The notes under the pieces: model-generated
What the model saw: only the letters and a program-made list of their open reading frames with translations
What the model was told of the DNA's origin: nothing
The model's database searches: none
Position numbers and translations under genes: made by a program
In this document: in pieces, positions 21,944-31,454 of the stretch
Position numbering within the stretch: the stretch's first letter is position 1
How the letters are laid out: the number at the start of each line of letters is the position of its first letter
Source: Planctomycetota bacterium
Lineage (GTDB): Bacteria; Planctomycetota; UBA1135; UBA2386
Assembly: GCA_965223545.1 (NCBI GenBank)
Contig: OZ245006.1
Location: 224,001 to 288,000 of the forward strand
Reading direction: 5' to 3'
DNA: 64,000 nt

Positions 21944-22080
21944 CGAAGCCTCCTCTGAGAAGAGAACGATGCGGCAGCCCCGAAAATTGCCTCGGCTGCG
22001 GGACCGCCCCGGGCACACGCACCTTCTGATAATGTTTGTTATGTCGAACTCAGGGCCCGAGAAGCGATGGGGGCCGCGAC

Positions 22081-22893
22081 TCAGACGGTCTCCACGCGTA
22101 CCGTTTCCCCCAGCCAGCCCCGAGGCCCACGGCGGCCGATGACCAGGCCTTTGTCGCCGGCAGCCAGGCACGCCACCCGATCGCCGGACGGTGTCCACAA
22201 CGCGCTGCCGCCGGCGGCGGGCAAGCCGCCCGAGGTGCCGGTGTAGTTCGCGAGCAGGACTGCCATCTGGTGCGTTCGGGCGCGTTCCGCGAGGCGCTGG
22301 TGCTCGGCCGCGCACTCCGCGGTGACCACGAACGCGCTCACCAAGTAGGCGCCGGCGTCGCGCGCGGCGGCACGCGCAGCGTGCGCGGGATCACCAACAT
22401 CCGCGCAGATCGCCAGCCCGGCGGACAGCGCGCCACAGCGGACATCGACGTCGGCGCTCCCCGGTGCGAACACCGTGCCCTCGGGCGGCGGGATCGGGCC
22501 GCTGGGATTGACCTCCGGGGTGAACGCGCCGAGGCGCTGCTTGGCGTACAGCGCGAGCCTCGGCTGGCCTTCGCCGGCGCGGCCATCGAAGACCAGGGCG
22601 GCCAGCCGCAACGCGCCCGTCGCGTCGCGCACCGGCGCACCGGCCACGAGGATGAGCGAACGCGCTGCCGCGAGCTCGGCCAGCGGCCCGAGCCGCGGAT
22701 CGCCAACGTCCATCGCCAGTTCCGCCGCGCGGTCCAACTCGTAGCCGGTGAGCGACAGCTCGGGAAACAAGAGCAGACGCGCACCCTCGCGCGCGGCGCG
22801 CTGCGCGTAAGCCAGGTGCAGCGCGACGTTGGCGCCGATGTCACCGGCGACGGGCGAGAGCTGCGCGGCCGCGAGCACCGTCTCGGCAGGCAT
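22081..22893 (-). CDS. Carbon-nitrogen hydrolase (nitrilase superfamily)
   Basis: Catalytic E-K-C motifs 'FPELSLTGY', 'YAKQRL', 'AICAD'. Confidence 0.9.
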   Translation of the reverse strand: MPAETVLAAAQLSPVAGDIGANVALHLAYAQRAAREGARLLLFPELSLTGYELDRAAELAMDVGDPRLGPLAELAAARSLILVAGAPVRDATGALRLAALVFDGRAGEGQPRLALYAKQRLGAFTPEVNPSGPIPPPEGTVFAPGSADVDVRCGALSAGLAICADVGDPAHAARAAARDAGAYLVSAFVVTAECAAEHQRLAERARTHQMAVLLANYTGTSGGLPAAGGSALWTPSGDRVACLAAGDKGLVIGRRGPRGWLGETVRVETV

Positions 22894-22896
22894 GGC

Positions 22897-23316
22897 TCAA
22901 CCATCCGCTCCGGCCGTGCGCTGCGCCACCAGCATCCCCACCAGCATCGCGACGACGAACCACACCGCTTCCGCGCGGAGCAACGCGAGATTGGCCAGCG
23001 CGGGCCCCGGACAGAACCCGGAGAGGCCCCAGCCTACCCCGAAGATCACCGCACCCACGCACGTCCGCGCCGTGATTCGCTGAGACGGCGGCGCCGGCCA
23101 GGCCGGTCGACCTGGACGCGGCGCGGCCCGCGCGTTCATCAGGTGGTACAGGAGCGCGAAGCTGCCCAGCGCACCCGCGAGCACCGCCATCAGCGTCGGG
23201 TCCCAGGCCCCCGCCACGTCCAGAAACCCGAGCACCCGGCGCGGATCGGTCATTCCCGAAAGCGCCAGGCCGGCGCCGAAGAGAGCACCGGGAAACAGCA
23301 GCAGCGCAGCGTTCAA
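22897..23316 (-). CDS. YeeE/YedE-family membrane protein (half-size)
   Basis: 'FGAGLALSGMTDP..VLGFLD..GAWDP', 'FGVGWGLSGFCPGP'; TTG start overlaps the upstream TGA. Confidence 0.88.
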   Translation of the reverse strand: MNAALLLFPGALFGAGLALSGMTDPRRVLGFLDVAGAWDPTLMAVLAGALGSFALLYHLMNARAAPRPGRPAWPAPPSQRITARTCVGAVIFGVGWGLSGFCPGPALANLALLRAEAVWFVVAMLVGMLVAQRTAGADG

Positions 23317-23753
23317 CGCGGCTCCCCCAGCGGCAGCAGAAGCACGGTGAGCATGGCGCACGCGATGAACACGACGGTGGCGACCACCGAGGGCCGCGCC
23401 CCTCGCCCGATGCCGCACACGCCGTGCCCACTGGTGCAGCCGCCCGAAAGCCGCGTGCCAAACCCGACCAACAGCCCCGCGATCGACACCTGCACCACGG
23501 ATCGCGGCATCGAGTAGCGCGCGGCGTCCGCGCTGACCGCGAACACCGCGCCCGCGCCGGCAACGAGGCCCAGCAGAAACCAGACGCGCCACGCCCTGTC
23601 ACCACGCACGCCGCGCAGGACGCGTGCGACGACGCCGCTGATGCCGGGGATCTTGCCCGTCATCGCCAGCGCCACCGCGCTCGCGCTGCCGATCATGATG
23701 CCACCGATCAGGCCGGTGACGGGCTCGAACGCCAGTGCTGGGTCAGATTCCAT
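23313..23753 (-). CDS. YeeE/YedE-family membrane protein (half-size)
   Basis: 'GGIMIG...GKIPGISG', 'LLVGFGTRLSGGCTSGHGVCG'. Confidence 0.9.
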   Translation of the reverse strand: MESDPALAFEPVTGLIGGIMIGSASAVALAMTGKIPGISGVVARVLRGVRGDRAWRVWFLLGLVAGAGAVFAVSADAARYSMPRSVVQVSIAGLLVGFGTRLSGGCTSGHGVCGIGRGARPSVVATVVFIACAMLTVLLLPLGEPR

Positions 23754-23764
23754 CGGACCAATCG

Positions 23765-26700
23765 TCACCCTTTGGCGCGAACCGCCAAGCGCGCAAGCTC
23801 GTCCCGCGCCCCCCACCACAGCAACCCCGGCATCACCGCGAACTCCAACAGCGTCGTGGTCACCAACCCGCCGGCGATCACCACCGCCACCGGGTGCAGG
23901 ATCTCGCGCCCGGGTTGCCCCGCCGCGAGCAACAAGGGGACCAGCGCAATCCCGCTGCTCAGCGCGGTCATCGCCACCGGCACCGCGCGCTCGCGCGCCG
24001 CGCGGCGCGCGGTCTCGGGCGCGAGCGGCGCATCCTCTTCGGCCAGCAGGTGCACGGTGTGATCGACCAGGAGGATGCCGTTGCGCGCCGCGATGCCGAG
24101 CAGGGCGATGAAGCCGACCAGGGTCGCGATCGACACGTCGGTGCCGGTCAGGACCACGGCCGCGACCGCGCCGATCAGCGCGATCGGACGCGATGCCAGT
24201 AGCAGCAGCGCCAGCCGGAGGGAGCCGAAGTGGAGCTGCAGCACCAGCACCATGATGGCGAGGGACACGCCGCTGAGGCCGAGAATCGTGCGCTGGGCAT
24301 CACGCTGGGCGCGGTGCTGCCCGACGAGCTCGAGTGCCACAGCCGACGTTTCGGTCTGCGCGGCGAGCTCGGCCCGCAGGCCCGAGAGCGCCCTGTCGAC
24401 GTCGGCGACGACGTCGCCGAGCGCTCTGCCGGCGACGTTGTGTTGGACCATGATCCGGCGCACGCCGTTCTCCCGACGAATCTCGCTGGGCGCGGGCACG
24501 GAGCGCAATGCCGCGACGTCCGCCAACCGCACCGGCTCACCGCTGGCGCCGCGCACCAGGAGAGCGTGCGCCAACGCCGGCAGATCACCCGTACTCGGCG
24601 TCGCCACGTGCATGGTGATGCCCACGTTGACCGCGCCGTCGGGCAGCGACGACAGCATCACCCCACCCATCGCCAACGAGACCGTTTCCGCCACCGCGCC
24701 GGCGTCGACGCCGAGCTGCGCCATCGCCGTCCGCCGCGGCTCCACCGCGACTTCCTCGACCGCGACCAACGGCTCGACGTAGAGGTCACGCACGCCGGGA
24801 ATGCCCTCGATGGCGTGCTCCACGCGGCCGGCGACCTGCTGCAACACCTGCAAATCGTCGCCGCGCACCGCCACCGCGACCTGCGCGGTCACGCCCGCCA
24901 ACAGATGGCTCAGCAGGTGCCCGAGCGGCTGCTCGACCTCGTAGTCCACGCCGGGGAACGCCACCGCCACCGTGTCCCGAATCTCCTCGAGCACTTCCTC
25001 GCGCGACTGCGCGGAGTCGGCATCCAGCGTGAGCACCGCCTCGATCACGCTGACCGGCATGATGTGCTCGTCGTCCTCGGCCCGACCGCTGCGGCGCGCG
25101 ACGTGCGCGACGCCTTCGATCTCCATCAGCACGCGCTCGAGGCGCCCGCCGAACTCGTGCGAGGTCGCCAGCGCGGTGCCCGGCGGCAGCATCAGGTTGA
25201 CCTGCGCCGAACCCTCGTTGAACGGCGGCAAGAACGCGGTGCCGCGCGTCACGCCAACACCAGTGGCGCAGAGCACCGCCGCGCACACGACGGTCGCGAC
25301 GTGCACCGGCCAGCGCAACCCCAAGCCCGCCAGCCAATCGGCGCCGCCGCGCAGCGGGGCGACGAGCGGTCCGCCGTAGCGCTCGGTTCCACCCTGCTCG
25401 GACCCCTGACGTGCGCCGCCCAACAGCAGGGCGCACAGCACCGGCGTCACCGTCAGCGCGACGAGCAGCGACGCCACGACGCTGACGATGTAGGCCAGGC
25501 CGATCGGCGCGAACAGGCGACCCTCGATGCCGCTGAGGAAGAACAGCGGCAGGTACACGACGGTCACCAGAATCGTGCCGTAGGTCACCGGCCGCCGCAC
25601 CTCGCACGACGCCGCGTACACGACGTCGAGAACCGCGCGCGGCGTACTCGACTGCCGATTCTGCCAGAGGCGCCGGTAGACGTTCTCGACGTCGACGATG
25701 GCATCGTCGACCAGGGTGCCGATGGCGACCGCCAGCCCGCCCAGCGTCATCGTGTTGATCGTCAGCCCGAACGCGGCGAACACCAGCGACGCACACGCCA
25801 TCGACAGCGGCAGCGCTGTCAGCGTGATCAGCGTCGTGCGCACGTTGGTCAAGAACGCGAACAGCACCAGCAGCACCAGCACCGCGCCGTCGCGGACCGC
25901 GTGCAGCACGTTCTGCACCGCGCGCTCGATGAAGTCCGCTTGGCGAAACACACTGCCGACCAGCTCGACCCCGGCGGGCAGCCTGCCGCGCGCCGCCTCG
26001 ACCTCCGCCTGCAACCTCTGGGTGAAATCGATGGTGTCGACGCCGGGCTGTTTGGTCACCACGACCAGCACGCCGGGAGCGCCGTCGACACCGGCATCGC
26101 CGACGCCGACCCGCGCCTGGCCGTAGCCGACCTCGGCGACATCGCCGACGCGCACCGGCCGTGCGCCGCCATCGCGCACCACCGCCGCCGCCAACGCCTC
26201 GGCGTCCGGCAGCCGCCCCCGCACCGCCAGCAGCGGCGCGCGCGCACCCTTCGGCACCCGGCCGCCGACCACGCTGGGGTTGGCCCGACGCACGGCGGCA
26301 GCGAGTTCGCGCAGGGTCACGTCGTGCGCGCGCAGCCGCGCCGCGTCGGCCGCCACCTGCAGCTCCGTCCGGCGCGCTCCCACGGTCACCACCTGCGCCA
26401 CGCCGGCCACCGCCAGCAGCCGCGGCCGCAGATCGCGGTCGACGAACGCCCGCAGTGCGAGCGGCGTGGTCGCCTCGTCCCGACAGGCCAGCCCGAGCAC
26501 CAAGATCTGCCCCATGATGCTGCTGACCGGCGCCATCGCCGGCACCACACCGAGCGGCAGATCGAGCGCGGCCAGCCGTTCGCCGACGATCTGCCGGCTG
26601 TGGTAGATGTCGGCGCCCCACTCGAAATCGGCGTAGACCACCGACAAACCAGCGGTGCTCTCCGAGCGCACGCGGAACACACCGGTGGCACCCGACAGGG

Positions 26701-26914
26701 CGCGCTCGACCGGCCACGTCACCAGCTGCTCGACCTCCTCGGCGCTGAGGCCGGGCGCCTCGCTCATCACCGTGACCATCGGCCGGTCGAGATCCGGCAG
26801 CACGTCGACCGGCGCGCGCCACGCGACCAAGCCGCCGGCCACGCCGACCAGAACTGCGCAGACGCAGACCAGCAGGCGGCGCTGCAGGGAGACCTGGATG
26901 ATGCGGTTCAGCAC
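23765..26914 (-). CDS. CusA/CzcA-family heavy-metal efflux RND permease
   Basis: 1049 aa; 'PVDVLPDL', 'INTMTLGGLAVAIGTLVDDAIVDVEN', 'FLPPFNEG', 'RNGILLV', 'GREILHPVA'. Confidence 0.93.
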   Translation of the reverse strand: MLNRIIQVSLQRRLLVCVCAVLVGVAGGLVAWRAPVDVLPDLDRPMVTVMSEAPGLSAEEVEQLVTWPVERALSGATGVFRVRSESTAGLSVVYADFEWGADIYHSRQIVGERLAALDLPLGVVPAMAPVSSIMGQILVLGLACRDEATTPLALRAFVDRDLRPRLLAVAGVAQVVTVGARRTELQVAADAARLRAHDVTLRELAAAVRRANPSVVGGRVPKGARAPLLAVRGRLPDAEALAAAVVRDGGARPVRVGDVAEVGYGQARVGVGDAGVDGAPGVLVVVTKQPGVDTIDFTQRLQAEVEAARGRLPAGVELVGSVFRQADFIERAVQNVLHAVRDGAVLVLLVLFAFLTNVRTTLITLTALPLSMACASLVFAAFGLTINTMTLGGLAVAIGTLVDDAIVDVENVYRRLWQNRQSSTPRAVLDVVYAASCEVRRPVTYGTILVTVVYLPLFFLSGIEGRLFAPIGLAYIVSVVASLLVALTVTPVLCALLLGGARQGSEQGGTERYGGPLVAPLRGGADWLAGLGLRWPVHVATVVCAAVLCATGVGVTRGTAFLPPFNEGSAQVNLMLPPGTALATSHEFGGRLERVLMEIEGVAHVARRSGRAEDDEHIMPVSVIEAVLTLDADSAQSREEVLEEIRDTVAVAFPGVDYEVEQPLGHLLSHLLAGVTAQVAVAVRGDDLQVLQQVAGRVEHAIEGIPGVRDLYVEPLVAVEEVAVEPRRTAMAQLGVDAGAVAETVSLAMGGVMLSSLPDGAVNVGITMHVATPSTGDLPALAHALLVRGASGEPVRLADVAALRSVPAPSEIRRENGVRRIMVQHNVAGRALGDVVADVDRALSGLRAELAAQTETSAVALELVGQHRAQRDAQRTILGLSGVSLAIMVLVLQLHFGSLRLALLLLASRPIALIGAVAAVVLTGTDVSIATLVGFIALLGIAARNGILLVDHTVHLLAEEDAPLAPETARRAARERAVPVAMTALSSGIALVPLLLAAGQPGREILHPVAVVIAGGLVTTTLLEFAVMPGLLWWGARDELARLAVRAKG

Positions 26915-26923
26915 GGCCGCGGC

Positions 26924-28522
26924 TCAGTGGTGGTGAGGAGTCACGGCGGCACCACCGGCGCGCAGCGCGAGGTCGATCTCGTAACCGCCTCGCACCACGA
27001 CGGGCTCGCCCGGGGCCAGGTGCGAGGACTCGCCCCGCGCCACCACGGCCACGGCATCGTCCCGATACAGCACGACCACCTCGAGCGGCTCGAAGCCCGC
27101 CCCGTGCGGGATGTAGATCAGCCGGTTCTCACCGCTGTCGATCACGGCAGTGCGCGGCAGCACGTAGACGTCGTCCATCACCTCGGTCGGCACCCGCAAC
27201 TCGAAGGGCATGCCGGCGCGCAGCAACCAACCGCGCCGCGGCGCGCCCTCGCCTTCGCCACCGGCGCGCAGCGGAGCGTTGTCGATCGCGCCGAACGCGA
27301 CCGTGACCCCATCCGGGGCGGTCGCACCCAGTGTCTCGAGCACGACGCGCTCGAGCACCGGCCCCGCGCTCGCCGGCACCGGCACGGCCCGGCACACGAG
27401 CCGTCCCCGTACCGCATCCGCCAACAGGCCGGCCTCGCCGCCGACCCCACTGGCTCGCAGCTGCAACCGCCGCGCATCGATCAGCTCGAGCAGCGGCGCG
27501 CCGTGCGCCAGGTGTTGGCCGGGGCGCACGTGCACCGCCCCCACATCCCAGTTGGGGGCGCGGTCGGGCGCGACCACTTCGACGATCGGCTGCCAGGCAC
27601 CCAGCGCGTGCTGCGCCTGCACGTCGGCGAGCGAGCGGCCGCCCAGCAGGGCGCCGGCGAAGGCCAAGAAGCCCGCCCCCGCGTCGGGGGTCGCGGCCAG
27701 CCACTCGGCCACACCGAGATGGCGCCGCTGCGCGACCAGCTCGGCCACAGTGGCGACCGCGAGGGTCAGGCTGCGCAGCTCCTCGGGCAGAACGGCCGCC
27801 AGGGAATCACAGTCGGCGTTCCACAGGCCGTGGTGCGACAGCGTCCGCCGCACTTGCTCCACCGAGTATGGAATGCGGTGCTCGCCCGCCGCCAGCTGCC
27901 GCACTTGCGCGTGCGTGAAACCGTGTCGCTCGAGCTCGTGCGCGGCCAGCTCCAGCGCGAGCGCGGCCCGCTGCTCCTCCTGGCGCAGCTCGATCAAGCG
28001 CTGCCCCGGCACCACCGCATCGTCGTCGGAGAAGCCACCGAGGCGGTCGAGCTCCGCGGCGACCAGGGCGGCTTCGCCGTTGGCGCGCCGCAGTTCCGCG
28101 ATCGCGGCGTGGATCTCGCCGTGATCCGGGGCCGCGAACTCCGCCGTCAAGCGCAGCTCCGGCCAAGGTGTCTCCGCCCGCAGCAGAGTGACCAGAAGAG
28201 TCCCCGCGCCGACCACCGCACCAGATTCCGCCGTCACCGCGACGACCCGACCACCGCACGGCGCAAACAAGGGCTGCACGGTTCCCACGGTCGGTTCCAG
28301 CGTCGCCGACAGCGACCGCGGCACCGAGAACCGGGTCGGCTGCAGGGCCGCGATCTCGATCCCCATCGACTGCCGCACCGCCGCCGAGAACTCGACCTCG
28401 TCGGCACCGGCATCGCCCTCGTCCGCCACGGCCTCGCTGGCCGGCGCCACCAGAGCGGTCCCCAGACCGACGCCCAACGCAAGGCACAGCAGACCGACCA
28501 CGATCACGTCCCACCGCATCAT
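26924..28522 (-). CDS. RND periplasmic adaptor (membrane fusion) subunit, unusually long
   Basis: N-terminal TM segment, 'APCGGRVVAV...G..V..G..L', C-terminal 'LPRTAVI...LAPGEPVVVRG'; ATGA-coupled to the TolC-like gene. Confidence 0.7.
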   Translation of the reverse strand: MMRWDVIVVGLLCLALGVGLGTALVAPASEAVADEGDAGADEVEFSAAVRQSMGIEIAALQPTRFSVPRSLSATLEPTVGTVQPLFAPCGGRVVAVTAESGAVVGAGTLLVTLLRAETPWPELRLTAEFAAPDHGEIHAAIAELRRANGEAALVAAELDRLGGFSDDDAVVPGQRLIELRQEEQRAALALELAAHELERHGFTHAQVRQLAAGEHRIPYSVEQVRRTLSHHGLWNADCDSLAAVLPEELRSLTLAVATVAELVAQRRHLGVAEWLAATPDAGAGFLAFAGALLGGRSLADVQAQHALGAWQPIVEVVAPDRAPNWDVGAVHVRPGQHLAHGAPLLELIDARRLQLRASGVGGEAGLLADAVRGRLVCRAVPVPASAGPVLERVVLETLGATAPDGVTVAFGAIDNAPLRAGGEGEGAPRRGWLLRAGMPFELRVPTEVMDDVYVLPRTAVIDSGENRLIYIPHGAGFEPLEVVVLYRDDAVAVVARGESSHLAPGEPVVVRGGYEIDLALRAGGAAVTPHHH

Positions 28523-29976
28523 CGTTCGGTCCCCGGATCGTGCGCATTCGCCCGCACACCGACCTCCTCGGCCACCGCCGCGTCGACCGGAGTCGCCAGG
28601 ATCGGCGGTGGCGAGACCGCGCCGTCGCCCAGATCGAGCAGCGGCGCACCCACCGCATGCTCCAACCGCGCCCACGCCGCGGCCACCGCGGCATCGGTTT
28701 CGAGCTGCGCCAAGCGCACCAGACGCGCGCTGCGCTCGACCTCGAGCAATCTGCGCGCGTCGCCTACGCCCGCCTCCACTGCTCGCCGAGCGGTGGCGAC
28801 GTTCGCCTCGGCGCGCGGCGCCAAGCGCTCGGCAAACAACCGCGCGCGCTGCAGCGCCGCCGCCAGCGCGCGCCGCGCCGCCGCCAGCTCGGCGTCACCC
28901 ACGGCCAGCGCGGCGGTGTACCGCGTGCGCAGCGCCTCGCGCGCGGCGCGCGCCTCGGCGATGCCCCTCCGATTGCGCGCGAACAAGGGCAGCCGCACGC
29001 CGAAGCCCAGACTGACCACCTGCTTGTCCTCGCCCGGCTCGTCGCTGAACGACGGTCCCAGCACCAGGTCCGGGTACTGCCTCTCGACCTCGAGCCGCAG
29101 CGTCCGTTCGGCCACGGCGAAGGCGGCGCGCAGCCGCACGAGTGCCGGCGAGTGCCGCTGCCAAAGCGCGCGCAGTACCGCGGGATCGGGGATCGCGTCC
29201 GCCAGCGGCGGCGTGTCGACCGCGGAATCGAGCACCGCCGACGGCGGCACGCCGACGCGCGTCGCCAGGCGCTCCGCGACCGCCGCTCGGTGCTCCTCCG
29301 ACTCGAGCTGGTCGGCCTCCGCCCGCAGCTGCTCGAGCTCGAGCGCGGCGACGTCGAGCGCGGTGGCGATCCCCGCCTCGACCGCGCGTTCCGCCAGCTG
29401 CCGCGCCCGACCAGCGGTCTCCACCAGCTCGGCCTGCTGGCCGCGGCGCGCCGCCGCCACGCCGAGCTGCAGGTAGTCGTCGCGCAGCGCCAGGTACTGC
29501 TCGCGCACCGCGCACAGTGCCTCGATCCGCGCCGCCTCGGCCTCGGCGCGCGCCAACGCCGCCGACGCCCCCAAGCGGCCACCCAGCGGGATCTCGATCG
29601 ACAGCGAGGCGAACGGCGTCCACCGCTGACCGCTGACCTCGTCGCCAAAACCCAGCTGCGGCCCGAGCTCGAGAGTGGGATCCGGCCACGCCCCGGCGGC
29701 CGCCAGGCCGGCGCGCGCCACGTCGAGCCGCGCCAGAGCCTCCACTACCGCGGGGCCGTGCGCCACCAGCCACCGCGCGGCGGTGTCGAGCGCCAGCTCG
29801 GGGCCGCCACCCTCGCCGCGGCGGTCGATCGCGCGCAGCATCGCGGCCTGGTCGAGCGGCGCGGGCGCATAAGTCTCACAACCGGCGAGAACGACGAGGC
29901 CCGCACTCAGCACATGCTTCCGCCGACGGCTCGCGACCACTGCCCGCAGGCTAAGCCAGGGGGCGCATGGAGACAA
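28519..29976 (-). CDS. TolC-family outer-membrane efflux lipoprotein
   Basis: Lipobox-like 'VLAGC', two repeats 'WPDPTL...IEIPLGG' and 'YPDLVLG...VRLPLF.RN'. Start uncertain. Confidence 0.85.
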   Translation of the reverse strand: MSPCAPWLSLRAVVASRRRKHVLSAGLVVLAGCETYAPAPLDQAAMLRAIDRRGEGGGPELALDTAARWLVAHGPAVVEALARLDVARAGLAAAGAWPDPTLELGPQLGFGDEVSGQRWTPFASLSIEIPLGGRLGASAALARAEAEAARIEALCAVREQYLALRDDYLQLGVAAARRGQQAELVETAGRARQLAERAVEAGIATALDVAALELEQLRAEADQLESEEHRAAVAERLATRVGVPPSAVLDSAVDTPPLADAIPDPAVLRALWQRHSPALVRLRAAFAVAERTLRLEVERQYPDLVLGPSFSDEPGEDKQVVSLGFGVRLPLFARNRRGIAEARAAREALRTRYTAALAVGDAELAAARRALAAALQRARLFAERLAPRAEANVATARRAVEAGVGDARRLLEVERSARLVRLAQLETDAAVAAAWARLEHAVGAPLLDLGDGAVSPPPILATPVDAAVAEEVGVRANAHDPGTER

Positions 29977-30009
29977 CGCACAGGCCCCCGCGAGCCGGCA
30001 GAACCGGCA

Positions 30010-31014
30010 CTATTCGCCGACGGTCGCACCCCCGCACGAGCTCCCCGCCCCGGCCGTGCAACCGAGGCAGTGGTCGTCGGTCACCACGCGCCGCGCCGCG
30101 AGCCGCGCCACGTCGAGCTCGTGCACGGTCTGCGGCGCCGCCGCCTCGACACCGAGGCCGAGCATCTGGTTGAAGTCGCAGTCGTACAGCCGGCCATCGG
30201 GTCCGACCGAGACCAGATCGCGACACATCAAACCCTCGACGGCCGCCGGGTTGAACGCGTCCAGCAGGCGCTGCCGGTACGCCGCTTCGTTGCCGGAACG
30301 CCGCAGCCACTCCAAGAACCGCGCGATCGGCATGTTGGTGATGCAGTACAACCCGTCGAAGGTGACGTTGAAGCGCTGCGCCAGGGCGCGCTTGTAGTCG
30401 GCCTCGAGCTGGCCCTGCGGGCCGGGCAGGTAGGCGCCGACCGGGTTGTAGACCAGATTGAGCGGGCGCGCCGGATCCCCCCGGCCATAGCCGACGCGGT
30501 TGAGCCGCCGCAGTCCCTCGATGCTCTTGTCGAACACGCCCGCGCCGCGCTGCGCATCGGTGCGCTGCGCGCTGTAGAACGGCAAGCTGGCGACCACCTC
30601 GACCGCGTGCGCCGCCAAGAACTCGGCGAGGTCTTCCTGTCCGGGCTCGAACAACACCGACAGGTTGCACCGGTCCATGACGTGCACGCCGGCCGCGCGG
30701 GCGGTCTGCAGCAGGCGGCGAAAGTGCGGGTTGAGCTCCGGGGCGCCGCCGGTGAGATCCAGAGTGCGGATGCCACCGCCGCGCACCAACCGCTCGACCG
30801 CGGCGGCGACCTCGGCGCCCATGTTGACCTCGGGCCCGGTCTGGTGCGGCCCGGCATCGACGTGGCAGTGCCGGCAGGCCTGGTTGCACTGCTTGCCGAC
30901 GTTGACCTGCAGCGTCGTGAGCCCGCGCGCGCGCAACCGCGGCAGACCGCGCTCCGCCAGCGCCGCGTCGAAGCGGTTGGCCGCCGTGATTCGAGACTCG
31001 CGCGTGGAGGTCAT
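30010..31014 (-). CDS. arsS: ArsS-like radical SAM protein (DUF3641 C-terminus)
   Basis: 'TLQVNVGKQCNQACRHCH' CxxxCxxC, 'LNLVYNP', 'ITNMPI.RF', 'YDCDFNQML', 'HCLGCTAGAGSSCGG'. Confidence 0.9.
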   Translation of the reverse strand: MTSTRESRITAANRFDAALAERGLPRLRARGLTTLQVNVGKQCNQACRHCHVDAGPHQTGPEVNMGAEVAAAVERLVRGGGIRTLDLTGGAPELNPHFRRLLQTARAAGVHVMDRCNLSVLFEPGQEDLAEFLAAHAVEVVASLPFYSAQRTDAQRGAGVFDKSIEGLRRLNRVGYGRGDPARPLNLVYNPVGAYLPGPQGQLEADYKRALAQRFNVTFDGLYCITNMPIARFLEWLRRSGNEAAYRQRLLDAFNPAAVEGLMCRDLVSVGPDGRLYDCDFNQMLGLGVEAAAPQTVHELDVARLAARRVVTDDHCLGCTAGAGSSCGGATVGE

Positions 31015-31024
31015 CGGCACGGCC

Positions 31025-31360
31025 TCACATCGAGAGCCCGTCGTGGTGGCCGCGCATCTGCATGCCGTGCACCAAGCTGGCCCCACCGCGGATCGCGCAA
31101 GCCACGTGCACGGCCTCGGTCATCTGCTCCAGGTCGGCGCCGGTCTCGAGCGCGTTCTTCGAGTAGGCGTCGATGCAGTACGGGCACTGCACCGCGTGCG
31201 CCACGGCCAAGGCGATCAGCGACTTCTCGCGGCGCGACAGGGCACCCTCCCCCATCACGGCGCCGTAGTAGTCGAAGAACTTCTGCGCCAGCTCCGGCCG
31301 CGCTTCGCCAATCTTCGCGAAGTCCGCCAAATGGGAGCAGTGGTAGTAGCCGTCGGCCAT
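31025..31360 (-). CDS. ArsS-associated peroxidase-like protein (AhpD/CMD family)
   Basis: 'REKSLIALAVAHAVQCPYCIDAY', 'EAVHVACAIRGGASLVHG'; directly upstream of arsS. Confidence 0.88.
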   Translation of the reverse strand: MADGYYHCSHLADFAKIGEARPELAQKFFDYYGAVMGEGALSRREKSLIALAVAHAVQCPYCIDAYSKNALETGADLEQMTEAVHVACAIRGGASLVHGMQMRGHHDGLSM

Positions 31361-31454
31361 GGTGTCCTTGCTGATACGAGTCGCTGATACGAGGCTGGCG
31401 CCGCCGCGATCCACGCTACGCCGGGAAACTCCGTCCGGCAAACCGCGGCGCCGG

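Noticed and set aside
24230..29476. 1748-aa plus-strand ORF and many other long overlapping ORFs
   Set aside because: Antisense or off-frame shadows of well-supported genes; expected in very GC-rich DNA, with no recognisable motifs.
30010..30075. Selenocysteine in the ArsS C-terminal motif
   Set aside because: The motif reads SSCGG with a normal Cys codon; no in-frame TGA.
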